From assembly GCA_040876345.1 (NCBI GenBank), contig JBBDPM010000006.1:70803-134802 (forward strand): a stretch of DNA of 64,000 bases, in the 5' to 3' direction. The notes under the pieces are model-generated. The model was not told where the DNA came from. It did not search any database and was given only the letters and a program-made list of their open reading frames with translations. The DNA comes from Candidatus Woykebacteria bacterium. GTDB taxonomy: Bacteria > Patescibacteriota > Microgenomatia > Woykebacterales > RBG-16-39-9b. The position numbers were made by a program, and so were the translations under genes. Below are positions 30,760 to 39,823 of the stretch, in pieces (the first letter of the stretch is position 1; each line of letters begins with the position of its first letter).

Positions 30760-31683
30760 ATGAAACCTTCAAAAGGAACTTATCGTATTAGAGTTCCTGC
30801 CTCAGCTGCAAACCTCGGTCCTGGGCTAGACACTCTTGCCCTTGCTTTGTCACTACATTTAGAAGTGGCGATCAAGATATCCAAAAAATTCAAGATCGAA
30901 GTAGCTGGAATTGGCCAAGAACAAATACCGACAACTAAAGAGGCCAATCTTGTCTATAAAGCCTTTTCGGCTCTGTGCCAAAAAATGAAGGATAAAACCC
31001 CAGAACTTGAAATCTTGATTCAAAATGATATACCGCCCGCTCGGGGGATAGGAAGTAGCGCCAGTGGTATCGTCGCCGGCCTCTTGGCAGCAAATTCAAT
31101 CATGGGATACAAGTTAAATCGCAGCGACCTTCTGCAAACCGCTGCCCAGGTAGAAGGCCACGCCGATAACCCGGCTGCTTCCTTATTTGGTGGTTGCGTG
31201 GTCGTAACCCGCGAAAACGACCGAATTTTTTGGGGTAGGGTGAGTACCCCTCCCCAACTCAAGGTAGTTCTTTTTATACCTGATTTTGAGATACCCACCC
31301 AAAAAGCCCGAAAAATACTGCCTAAAAATGTCCCGCTTGAGGACGCTGTTTTTAATGTCCAAAGGGCCGCCCTCTTAGTCTCTAGTCTTGCGGAGTCAGA
31401 TTTTGAGATGTTGAAACTTTCAACTAAAGACAGGTTACATGAAGATACCAGAGTAAAAGCTTTTTACCCTAGAGTTTATGATCTAGCTTACGCTGCTAAA
31501 GATGCCGGAGCCAAAGGAGAATTTCTGTGTGGATCAGGATCGAGTATTGGTGCTTTTGCGGTCGAAAAACCAGACTACATTGCAAACATAATGGAAGAAA
31601 AGGCCGCCGAAATTGGAATAGCCGGAACCACAACTATCGTTTCCCCAGATACAGTGGGAGCAGTCGTAGAAGAAATAGACTAA
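30760..31683 (+). CDS. thrB: Homoserine kinase
   Basis: PASAANLGPGLD, PARGIGSSA, EGHADN, GSGS. Confidence 0.92.
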   Translation: MKPSKGTYRIRVPASAANLGPGLDTLALALSLHLEVAIKISKKFKIEVAGIGQEQIPTTKEANLVYKAFSALCQKMKDKTPELEILIQNDIPPARGIGSSASGIVAGLLAANSIMGYKLNRSDLLQTAAQVEGHADNPAASLFGGCVVVTRENDRIFWGRVSTPPQLKVVLFIPDFEIPTQKARKILPKNVPLEDAVFNVQRAALLVSSLAESDFEMLKLSTKDRLHEDTRVKAFYPRVYDLAYAAKDAGAKGEFLCGSGSSIGAFAVEKPDYIANIMEEKAAEIGIAGTTTIVSPDTVGAVVEEID

Positions 31684-31724
31684 ACTGCTTGATTTTTACT
31701 TCCCCTTAAATCAAAATAGATATA

Positions 31725-32321
31725 ATGACCACTACTATCTACTTTGTCCGGCATGGCCAAGTGGATAACCCAGGTAAAATAGCCTACGGCCGAATGAGTG
31801 GATTTCATCTCTCCCAGGCAGGTAAGGAACAGGCCGCAAAAACAGGGAAATATTTTAAAGATAAAAATATTTCCAGAATTTATACGTCACCACTAGAGCG
31901 TACCTTTGAGACAGCCAATATAATTTCTGATTATTTGAAAAAAACGGTTAGGATCGTTCACAAATATGAACTGATTGAAATTGATGCTCATAAGTGGCAA
32001 TCTCTGCCACTTTCAGAACTTTTTCAAAATAAATATTTTGAGTCCTTTGTAAATGATGAAAACTCAGTTGAAGTCGGGGAGAATCTCTCTGTCCTAGCAT
32101 CTCGGCTAGAAAATTTTGCAATGAAAGTTTGTGGGGAACATAAAGGTGAAGAAGTTATTTGCGTCTCTCACGAATACCCAATCTTAGCAGTGAGATTGAA
32201 GTTGGAAGGAAAACCTCTAAAGCTTTTAAAAAACTCCTACGCCGAAACAGCATCGATCACAACCTTTGTACTCAACGAAAATTGTAAGATACGAGAAGTT
32301 ACTTATACAGAACTGCAGTGA
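31725..32321 (+). CDS. Histidine phosphatase family protein
   Basis: FVRHG, SPLERT, VSH. Confidence 0.9.
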   Translation: MTTTIYFVRHGQVDNPGKIAYGRMSGFHLSQAGKEQAAKTGKYFKDKNISRIYTSPLERTFETANIISDYLKKTVRIVHKYELIEIDAHKWQSLPLSELFQNKYFESFVNDENSVEVGENLSVLASRLENFAMKVCGEHKGEEVICVSHEYPILAVRLKLEGKPLKLLKNSYAETASITTFVLNENCKIREVTYTELQ

Positions 32322-32332
32322 ATTTGGTTTGT

Positions 32333-32671
32333 CTAGGCCTTAATTTCGTCGATTTTTGCCGCTAGAATGAAATCGTTTTCGTGCAAACCACTAATCGCGT
32401 GGGTATAGTTAACCAGAGTGACACGATTATAGTGAATATGAATATCAGGGTGATGCCCTTCACCCTCAGCAATTTTACCCACTGTATTTACAAAATCCAG
32501 AGACTCCCTAAAGTTTTTAAACTTGAACGTCTTCGAGATTTGTTTATGCCCATCCTCTTCTTCAAGATTCCAACCGACGACCTTTGTAATAAACTCTTTA
32601 ACTTCTTCGTCTTTAAGAGAGGGGACGCCGCCCTCACAAGGAACACATTTTTTATTTGCTAGATTTTCCAC
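32333..32671 (-). CDS. Pterin-4-alpha-carbinolamine dehydratase
   Basis: CVPCEGG, AEGEGHHPD, THAISGLHENDFILAAKID. Confidence 0.93.
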   Translation of the reverse strand: MENLANKKCVPCEGGVPSLKDEEVKEFITKVVGWNLEEEDGHKQISKTFKFKNFRESLDFVNTVGKIAEGEGHHPDIHIHYNRVTLVNYTHAISGLHENDFILAAKIDEIKA

Positions 32672-32742
32672 CGGATTTAGCTTATGATTTAAAAGTAAGG
32701 TCCATATTTATTTTACCATCAAAGTAAAAACTTAGTCAGTAA

Positions 32743-33984
32743 ATGATTAAAGAAGTAAAGCCGGAAAAAGCGAGTCTTGAAAATTACAAAAAAATTGTAA
32801 AACCAAAAGAGTATGAAGAGGTGCTTGACCTTGCAAAAAAATTAAAAGGGGCCTCAATCATCCACTTAAACGCGACTGCATCTGGTGGGGGAGTAGCCGA
32901 AATACTAAACTCTCTTATCCCACTTCTCTCTTCCGTAGGACTCTCCCCAAAATGGTATTTTATAAAAAAGGTCTACAAATTTTTTGAAATTACTAAAGAG
33001 ATCCACAACCTTCTACAAGGAAAGGCTGGGGACCTTACAAAGGAGCAGAAAGATTTTTACCTAGCAATTAACGAAGAGATTGCGAAAGAAATGAGAGACT
33101 TAAAACCAGACGTTTGGGTCATGCACGATCCGCAGCCGGCAGCTTGCCTTCAGTTTTTACCAACTATTGCAAAAACAAAAAGTATCTGGCGCTGCCATAT
33201 TGACACTTCAAAAACCAATGCTAAAGTTTGGCGGTGGTTTTCACCATCTCTAAAAAAGTATGATCGCTACATATACTCCGTCCGCCGCTACATTGGCGAA
33301 GGGCTTGATTACAAAAAATGTGTGATAATCCCACCGGCTATTGACCCCTTAAACCAAAAAAACTCCGAGATGGATCCTCTTTTCGCCAAGCAAGTTGTGG
33401 CAAGATTCAAAATTGACACTGAAAGGCCGCTACTATCCCAAATATCAAGATTCGATCCCTGGAAGGATCCGTGGGGAGTGATAGACTCCTACCGAATCGC
33501 CAAAAAGAAATTTCCAAATCTTCAGCTTGCGCTTATCGGCTCTTTCTCCGTTGATGATCCGCAGGCCTATGATGTAAAAGAAGAGCTGAAAGTTTACGCA
33601 AACGGGGATAAGGATATCCACATTCTTTCGAACCTCGACGGTATACAGGCTCTTGAAGTAAATGCTTTCCAAAGAGTCTCGGACGTTATCATTCAAAAAT
33701 CAATTAGAGAAGGCTTCGGGCTTACTGTCGCCGAAGCAATGTGGAAAGGAAAACCAGTGATTGGCGGAAGAGCCGGCGGAATCCTTGAGCAAATTGAAGA
33801 CGGCGTGAACGGATTTTTAGTTACAACCGCCGCCCAAGCAGCCGAGCGAATAACCCAACTCCTAGATGATGAGAATTTTGCCAGAAGAATAGGGGAGAAG
33901 GGGAAAGAGTCTGTCCGAAGCCGATTTCTGATAACCAGGCTTCTTCGCGATCACCTCAAGCTCTATAACGACCTCCTTTCATAG
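32743..33984 (+). CDS. treT: TreT-like trehalose synthase (GT4)
   Basis: NATASGGGVAE, HDPQP, WRCHID, SRFDPWKD, EGFGLTVAEA. Confidence 0.8.
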   Translation: MIKEVKPEKASLENYKKIVKPKEYEEVLDLAKKLKGASIIHLNATASGGGVAEILNSLIPLLSSVGLSPKWYFIKKVYKFFEITKEIHNLLQGKAGDLTKEQKDFYLAINEEIAKEMRDLKPDVWVMHDPQPAACLQFLPTIAKTKSIWRCHIDTSKTNAKVWRWFSPSLKKYDRYIYSVRRYIGEGLDYKKCVIIPPAIDPLNQKNSEMDPLFAKQVVARFKIDTERPLLSQISRFDPWKDPWGVIDSYRIAKKKFPNLQLALIGSFSVDDPQAYDVKEELKVYANGDKDIHILSNLDGIQALEVNAFQRVSDVIIQKSIREGFGLTVAEAMWKGKPVIGGRAGGILEQIEDGVNGFLVTTAAQAAERITQLLDDENFARRIGEKGKESVRSRFLITRLLRDHLKLYNDLLS

Positions 33985-34070
33985 AGATAATTGAATAAAC
34001 AAGTTAGTATGGGTGATGGTAGGTTGGGACGAAACAGGCTACCTCTCCCCAACCCTTTTGAACTCCGCCA

Positions 34071-34387
34071 TCAACCCGTGGTCTTTGGTGGTCGGAGGGA
34101 CATCTGAACAGCAAAGTGGGCGTCATCGATGTCAACCAGAAACTCGTGAAACCACTAATCATCGGAGTTGACGACGAATCGGTGGAACTTCACTATTTCG
34201 GTCTCTATCCACCCGAACGACACTGTATTAGACTCTGGAGTGATCGCACACTCCACCACCCATCGTGCCGAGTCCTCACCGTACTTCACGTCTCTCGCTG
34301 TTTGCTAGCCGCCGCATCCGGTCCACAGGTCACAAAGGTCAGATCCGCCTCCGTGAGTGTATTACCAATTCCGACTTTTGTTCTCAC
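34071..34387 (-). pseudogene. Decayed orphan ORF in GC-rich islet
   Basis: TTGACA at 34462-34457, SD AAGGAGG, GTG 34387; reading needs a frameshift and passes a TAG. Confidence 0.35.
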
Positions 34388-34531
34388 TGCCTTCAGCCTC
34401 CTTTTGCATAAGCGCGCCCACAAGTTGGGCTCATTCCACCAAAACCCATAGTCTGGTGTCAAGCCGTAAACAAGCACAATCCTCGCTTGCGCAAGGATGA
34501 CTAAGGTGGGGGATTATGCTAAACTAGGTTT

Positions 34532-34894
34532 ATGCAGCCAAAGGTATCTGCCGCTCCTTACGTGGCAAGTTTGCCAGTTTATGTCATTTCCTGGTGGTTT
34601 CTAGAAAGCCCAAAATTGATCCTAAAGATTTTGACTTTCTTTTTTTCTCTAGTATCTCATCAACTAGGCTACCGCTCCCTTTTTAAAACTTTTTTCAAAC
34701 CTTGGAAAAACGAATACCGCGAAGGTTTGGTAGGTTTTTCGATCTATATGGGCATGTTTATGAAAAGTCTGATAATATTTGTGGGTTCTTTAATACTTTT
34801 TACACTGTTAGTCGCCGAGGTTTTTATTTTTTTGGCATGGGTATTTTTACCATTTATTGCACTATGGTGGGTATATGTTGGCCTTTTCACCTGA
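34532..34894 (+). CDS. Membrane protein coupled to Clp ATPase
   Basis: WWF..LFKTFFKPWK..; overlaps the next gene. Confidence 0.7.
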   Translation: MQPKVSAAPYVASLPVYVISWWFLESPKLILKILTFFFSLVSHQLGYRSLFKTFFKPWKNEYREGLVGFSIYMGMFMKSLIIFVGSLILFTLLVAEVFIFLAWVFLPFIALWWVYVGLFT

Positions 34895-37328
34895 ATTTTC
34901 AAAAATTTTTAAAGAAGCAGCGCTCGTAAATCTTTTTTCTTCGCCTTTGGTGGTGATTGTTCGACTACTTATTGTTATCTCTCTTAGCCTTCCTACAATT
35001 TATTCCTTTGCCAACGGGAGCAAAATGTCTTATCTTTGGGCTGCGTTGTTAACATGCGTCTTTATGCTTGAAGTCTTCTACCACTATAAAGTTCTAGAAG
35101 CTAAACCCTCAAAAACAGTGGAGGAGAGCGCCGAAAATTTAGCGGACTACGTGGATCTTTCACTTGCTAAAACTTTACTAAAAGCTAACGACTTAAATAA
35201 CCCATCAGTGATTTTTAATGCTATGAGAAAGGATTCAAAAATTACTTCCTTTTTTAACAAAGGAAATATAGGCTCCGGGGAAATTTCCTCTTTAGAAGCA
35301 GCCCTTGCAAAAGAAAATCTCGATCCCTCAAGACTTTTGTTAAAATCCAAAGAGTTTGCAGAGAAGGAGAATAGAGACTACATTGACAATCTAGATCTAC
35401 TTTTATCACTATTTTCACAAAGTTCGGCATTTTCTCAAGCGGCGTTAACAGTAAATTTAAAAGAAGACGATCTACTTAACATTGCTTACTTGGTGAGGCA
35501 CTTGTTTGAGAAAGAAGCGACCCATTTCTGGGAAAGAGCACCTACCTCTTTTGGCATTGGTCTTGCATCTCTCTGGGAAGGAGGCTGGACTTTAGAAACA
35601 GAGAAATACACAACAAACATCTCAAATTCTTTGTTAAGAAGGCAAGTGAGTCATAAACTAATTGGTCGCGCCGAAATAATAGATCAAGTTGAGGGAATCT
35701 TATCAAGAGAAGGTAAAAGAAACGTAATTTTGACAGGAGAACCAGGAGTGGGAAAGACCTCGATTGTTTATGCATTAGCTTCCTCTTCTGCCCACGGCCA
35801 GCTTCCAGAATCCCTAAAGTACAAAAGATTTTTAGAGTTTGACCTAACGTCCTTGTTGTCTGGCAGGGAGGCAGGAGTTTTAGCGGAAAGATTAAATAAT
35901 ATAATTTCAGAGATTTCTCACGCCAAAGATGTAGTTTTATTCATTCCGGAGATTGAATATTTAGCTTCCGGAGAGGGTGGGGGAGCCGATATCAGTGGGT
36001 TGATCCTAGAAACCCTAAAAAGTGGTAGCTTACAGATTATTGGAACCACCACCAAAGAATCATACAAAAAATTTATTGAAGGAAAGGGTGCATTTGCTGA
36101 AAGTTTTGAGACCATTGAAGTACCAGAACCAAGCACCACTGAGTCGATAAGAATCCTTGAGGAAGCCGCCACAAAAATCGAACCAAAAGAAAAAATAAAT
36201 GTGTCTTACAAGGCAATCGAAAAAGCAGTGGAGCTTTCTAAAAAATACATGGTTGATAGAGTCCTTCCCGGAAAAGCAATCGATCTTTTGGATGAAGCCT
36301 CTTCTTTTGCTCATCTTCACGATGAAAAAATATTGACAGTCGAGATCATCGAAAATATTGTTTCCCAAAAAACTAAAGCTCCAGTAAGAGTGGCGAGCGG
36401 CGCCGAAAAAGAACAACTTTTGCATCTTGAGGAAGAGTTACATAGAAGGATCGTCGACCAAGAGGAAGCGGTAAAGTCGATATCTCAGGCAATTCGTCGA
36501 GCAAGAGCTCTAAACCGGGAAACGAAACGCCCAATTGGGGTTTTTCTTTTCTTGGGCCCAACCGGGGTCGGGAAGACAGAAACTGCCAAAGCCCTATCCG
36601 CAATTTACTTTGGAAGCGAAGAAAAAATAATTAGAATTGATATGAGCGAGTTTCAAGAAGAGAACTCAATTAACAGGTTAATTGGAGCACCCCCGGGAAG
36701 CAAGGATTTTGGCACTGGCGGGCAATTCACCGAAAAGATTAGAGAAAATCCATTTACCACTGTTCTTCTTGATGAAATGGAAAAAGCTCACCTGAAAATC
36801 CAAGAAGCCTTTCTTCCAGTACTCGACGAGGGAGTACTGACAGACTCTTCAGGTAAAGAAATTATTTTTACCAATACTATTATAATAGCCACCTCAAACG
36901 CCGGGGCAGAATTTATCCGCGAATCCATTCAAAACAATGCACCACTCGACACCGTCAAAAAAGAGCTTTTAGAAAATCTTCAGCGAGATGGCGTATTTAA
37001 ACCGGAGTTTCTAAATCGTTTTGACGACATCATTGTTTATAAACCGCTATCGCAAGAAGACCTAAAACAAATAATTAAATTTATGACCAGTAATCTTTCA
37101 AAGAGAATGGAAAAACAAGACGTCGCCGTCTTGTTTGACGAATCGGCTCTGTCTTGGCTTGCCCAAAAAGGCTACGATCCAACATATGGCGCCCGGCCTC
37201 TAAGAAGAGTCATCCAAAACGAAATCGAAGCCCGTCTTGCTGAAAAAATTCTTTCGGGAGAAATTGGTAGAGGTAAAAAAGTAAACGTCAAAGTAGCCGG
37301 AGACAACCTGATCTTTGAATCTGTTTAA
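34875..37328 (+). CDS. ClpA/ClpB-family AAA+ ATPase with N-terminal TM helices
   Basis: GEPGVGKT and GPTGVGKTE, RIDMSEF, DEMEKAH, PEFLNRFD, GARPLRR. Confidence 0.9.
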   Translation: MLAFSPEFSKIFKEAALVNLFSSPLVVIVRLLIVISLSLPTIYSFANGSKMSYLWAALLTCVFMLEVFYHYKVLEAKPSKTVEESAENLADYVDLSLAKTLLKANDLNNPSVIFNAMRKDSKITSFFNKGNIGSGEISSLEAALAKENLDPSRLLLKSKEFAEKENRDYIDNLDLLLSLFSQSSAFSQAALTVNLKEDDLLNIAYLVRHLFEKEATHFWERAPTSFGIGLASLWEGGWTLETEKYTTNISNSLLRRQVSHKLIGRAEIIDQVEGILSREGKRNVILTGEPGVGKTSIVYALASSSAHGQLPESLKYKRFLEFDLTSLLSGREAGVLAERLNNIISEISHAKDVVLFIPEIEYLASGEGGGADISGLILETLKSGSLQIIGTTTKESYKKFIEGKGAFAESFETIEVPEPSTTESIRILEEAATKIEPKEKINVSYKAIEKAVELSKKYMVDRVLPGKAIDLLDEASSFAHLHDEKILTVEIIENIVSQKTKAPVRVASGAEKEQLLHLEEELHRRIVDQEEAVKSISQAIRRARALNRETKRPIGVFLFLGPTGVGKTETAKALSAIYFGSEEKIIRIDMSEFQEENSINRLIGAPPGSKDFGTGGQFTEKIRENPFTTVLLDEMEKAHLKIQEAFLPVLDEGVLTDSSGKEIIFTNTIIIATSNAGAEFIRESIQNNAPLDTVKKELLENLQRDGVFKPEFLNRFDDIIVYKPLSQEDLKQIIKFMTSNLSKRMEKQDVAVLFDESALSWLAQKGYDPTYGARPLRRVIQNEIEARLAEKILSGEIGRGKKVNVKVAGDNLIFESV

Positions 37329-37412
37329 CCTGAAATAAAGACTACGAAAGAATTATTTGTAATATTTTTCTTTACCCCTCGTAACAATTTAAAAGCACTT
37401 TTCAAGTTGGAC

Positions 37413-37519
37413 TTGACAAATTGGGTTTTCTTTCGGATAATAGATTTTCATTAGTTCTAGTTAAAAGACTAGACTACCATAAACATAAAATTCTGCCTGC
37501 TAGCTGCTAGCAGGTTTTT
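37413..37519 (+). promoter_or_regulatory. Promoter plus leader hairpin and intrinsic terminator
   Basis: TTGACA-N17-GATAAT; CCTGCTAGC-T-GCTAGCAGG-TTTTT just before ATG 37533. Confidence 0.6.
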
Positions 37520-37532
37520 GATTGGAATAACA

Positions 37533-38117
37533 ATGGTTGAATATTTAAGTACACTCGGTGCAAAAGCTGCAACATCAAATAGAAGGTCCTTAAGGATACC
37601 AGCCTTCGTGAAAAAATTAAGAATTCCAATCATTATCTTTATCTTCCTCATTGTCTTAACCACCTTAGCTCTCTGGGCCCAATCAGGAATTAGTAGCAAA
37701 CCAGAGGCCAAAATAAACCAAGAATTCTCAATCCAAGCAAGAACTAAAGATAAGTTAAGAGTAAGAGATGCAACCCTAGCTATAAACTTAGTAGATGCTC
37801 AAGAAGCCGACAACTTATTGGTCCAGGGCAAAAGGGCAAGAACCAGAGACGGTAAAACTTTCCTTATTATAAATATGGAAGTAGAAAATTCCTACTCAGT
37901 CCCTTTATACACTTTTCCAGTTGATCTAATGAGGCTCGTTAGAGAAGATGGTAAAAAAGTTGCTCCAAGTGTTCACCAGGGGACAGTTGAAGTACGCCCA
38001 ATATCAACCAAGAAAAGCAATGTCGGGTTTGTCGTTGATCCAAGTGAAAAGAATTTCAAGATTGAATTTGGTGAACTAAACGATGAAAAGAAAATTTTAG
38101 ATATTTCTTTTAAATAG
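37533..38117 (+). CDS. Membrane-anchored DUF4352-like protein
   Basis: TM; GKTFLIINMEVEN..VRPISTK..VGFVV. Confidence 0.55.
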   Translation: MVEYLSTLGAKAATSNRRSLRIPAFVKKLRIPIIIFIFLIVLTTLALWAQSGISSKPEAKINQEFSIQARTKDKLRVRDATLAINLVDAQEADNLLVQGKRARTRDGKTFLIINMEVENSYSVPLYTFPVDLMRLVREDGKKVAPSVHQGTVEVRPISTKKSNVGFVVDPSEKNFKIEFGELNDEKKILDISFK

Positions 38118-38120
38118 CTT

Positions 38121-38342
38121 ATGGTTGACGAATACTCAACGGACGAAATAAGCGAAGCATTAATAGCTACCATTAAAGAATCCTTGAACGGTAAGCAGTA
38201 CGGATCGGTCGAAATTTACATCGAGGGAGGGCGGGTGGCCCAAATTACTGAACGGGTAATAAAGAAAACGGCTAAACTTAACGAGACTCAAGACAAAAAA
38301 AGTGAAGTTGTTTATTGGAGACCGATAAAAAATCGTAAATGA
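38121..38342 (+). CDS. DUF2292/YezD-like small protein
   Basis: SLNGKQYGSVEIYIEGGRVAQITER resembles the YGSVxIxVxDGxVVQI pattern. Confidence 0.75.
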   Translation: MVDEYSTDEISEALIATIKESLNGKQYGSVEIYIEGGRVAQITERVIKKTAKLNETQDKKSEVVYWRPIKNRK

Positions 38343-38366
38343 CGCGTGTTAAAGTTAGATAGGGGA

Positions 38367-38396
38367 TTGACAAAGAATTTGAGGCTGACTTATAAT
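38367..38396 (+). promoter_or_regulatory. Consensus sigma70 promoter of repeat-protein operon
   Basis: TTGACA-N18-TATAAT. Confidence 0.8.
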
Positions 38397-38442
38397 CATT
38401 AAGAAAGTAATATTCCTTGCCCAAGTAAAAACAAAATAATTT

Positions 38443-38527
38443 TGAGAGCCTACCTCCTGCCACATTAGGCTCTCAGGCCGACCGCAAACGGAGGCAGCTC
38501 TTCAAAAATGAAGTGGCTGCCTTTTTT
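38443..38527 (+). promoter_or_regulatory. Structured leader: two hairpins and an overlapping terminator
   Basis: TGAGAGCCTA/TAGGCTCTCA; GCCGACCG-CAAA-CGGAGGC; AGGCAGCTCTTCA-AAAA-TGAAGTGGCTGCC-T6. Confidence 0.7.
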
Positions 38528-38584
38528 GGTGTTAAAGATAATTTTTAAATTGATTTCTAATTAAACTCGAAAGGGGGTGAAAAA

Positions 38585-39685
38585 ATGGACAAGCAAAAAC
38601 TACTTTACGGTACAGCTAGTGCTTTTGCAGCACTTGCTTTCTCACTTACACCAGCCATCGCGACGGAGGCTTCGAACAGCCAAACTGGTCAAGACTCTGA
38701 CAACGATGCAACTGTTAATGTCTCCAACGACGTAGACATATTGCAGGAGAACGACTTAGACGTCGACAACAATATTAATATCTACGTTGGAACTGGAGGC
38801 AACAGCGCTGACAAGAACACTGGTGACGGTTCTGTCAAAACAGGAGATGCAAAGAGCTCTGTGAGTTTGAAAACCATGGGGAACAAGAACTCACTTTCCG
38901 TCAGCATGTCTGACAACGGCGGATCTTCTGCTTCTAACGACAACACTGGTCAAGACTCTGACAACGATGCCGATGTAGATCTTGATAATGATTTTGATTT
39001 GACTCAAAAGAATGACGCTGATGTCGACAATGATGTTGACGTAGACGTTGACACAGGAGACAACAGCGCTGACAAGAACACTGGTGACGGTTCTGTTTCC
39101 ACTGGAGACGCAACCGCTTCTGTTTCAATTGAGACTATACTCAATGAAAACGAAGCTGAAGTCGATCTTGGAAACGGCGGTGATGCATCTGCTTCCAACA
39201 GTCACACTGGTCAAGACTCTGACAACGCTGCAAGTGTAGACGTTGACAACGACGTAGATATCTTGCAAGACAACGATCTTGATGTCGACAATGATGTTGA
39301 CGTAGACGTTGACACAGGAGACAACAGCGCTGACAAGAACACTGGTGACGGCAATGTTGACACCGGAGATGCTGAAGTCGATGTAGAAGTTTCTACTAGT
39401 GGCAACAGCAACTCTGCTGATGTTAATGTTCCATCAGATTCTGATGTTGCGGTAGAAAACGACAACACTGGTCAAGACTCTGACAACGATGCAAGTGTAG
39501 ACGTTGACAACGACGTAGATATTTCTCAAGAGAATGATTCTGACGTTGACAACGATGGTGATGTTGACGCCGACACAGGCGACAGCAGTTCCGATAAAAA
39601 CACTGGTGATGGTGATGTCGAAAGTGGTGGCTCAGACGTTGACGTTGAGGTATCAACCGATCTTAACAACAACGAGCTGAACTAA
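38585..39685 (+). CDS. Secreted Asp/Asn-rich protein, 4 x 87-aa repeat (putative major subunit)
   Basis: SD GGGGGTGA, signal peptide ending AIA, unit TGQDSDNDA..TGDNSADKNTGDG.V.TGDA. Confidence 0.85.
   Translation: MDKQKLLYGTASAFAALAFSLTPAIATEASNSQTGQDSDNDATVNVSNDVDILQENDLDVDNNINIYVGTGGNSADKNTGDGSVKTGDAKSSVSLKTMGNKNSLSVSMSDNGGSSASNDNTGQDSDNDADVDLDNDFDLTQKNDADVDNDVDVDVDTGDNSADKNTGDGSVSTGDATASVSIETILNENEAEVDLGNGGDASASNSHTGQDSDNAASVDVDNDVDILQDNDLDVDNDVDVDVDTGDNSADKNTGDGNVDTGDAEVDVEVSTSGNSNSADVNVPSDSDVAVENDNTGQDSDNDASVDVDNDVDISQENDSDVDNDGDVDADTGDSSSDKNTGDGDVESGGSDVDVEVSTDLNNNELN
38684..39682 (+). repeat. Tandem 261-nt intragenic repeat x4 (last unit partial)
   Basis: ACTGGTCAAGACTCTGACAAC at 38684, 38945, 39206, 39467. 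Confidence 0.92.
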
Positions 39686-39692
39686 CACCGGT

Positions 39693-39810
39693 ACTTATCT
39701 CGGGCTCCCTCGTCCCGACTCACTTGGGACAGGGACCCGGATAAGTGAAATTTAAAAACCAAATAAAATTGCAGACAGACAAGAGTCCAAGTAAATTCTT
39801 GCCTGTCTAC
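39693..39810 (+). other. Two long intergenic hairpins without U tail
   Basis: ACTTATC..GATAAGT (39693-39746) and AGACAGACAAGA..TCTTGCCTGTCT (39773-39808). Confidence 0.65.
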
Positions 39811-39823
39811 AAAAAATAAAAAT

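Noticed and set aside
38684-39682. Regularly spaced repeats as a CRISPR array
   Set aside because: The 261-nt period is in frame within a coding gene, the intervening sequence is homologous, and there are no cas genes
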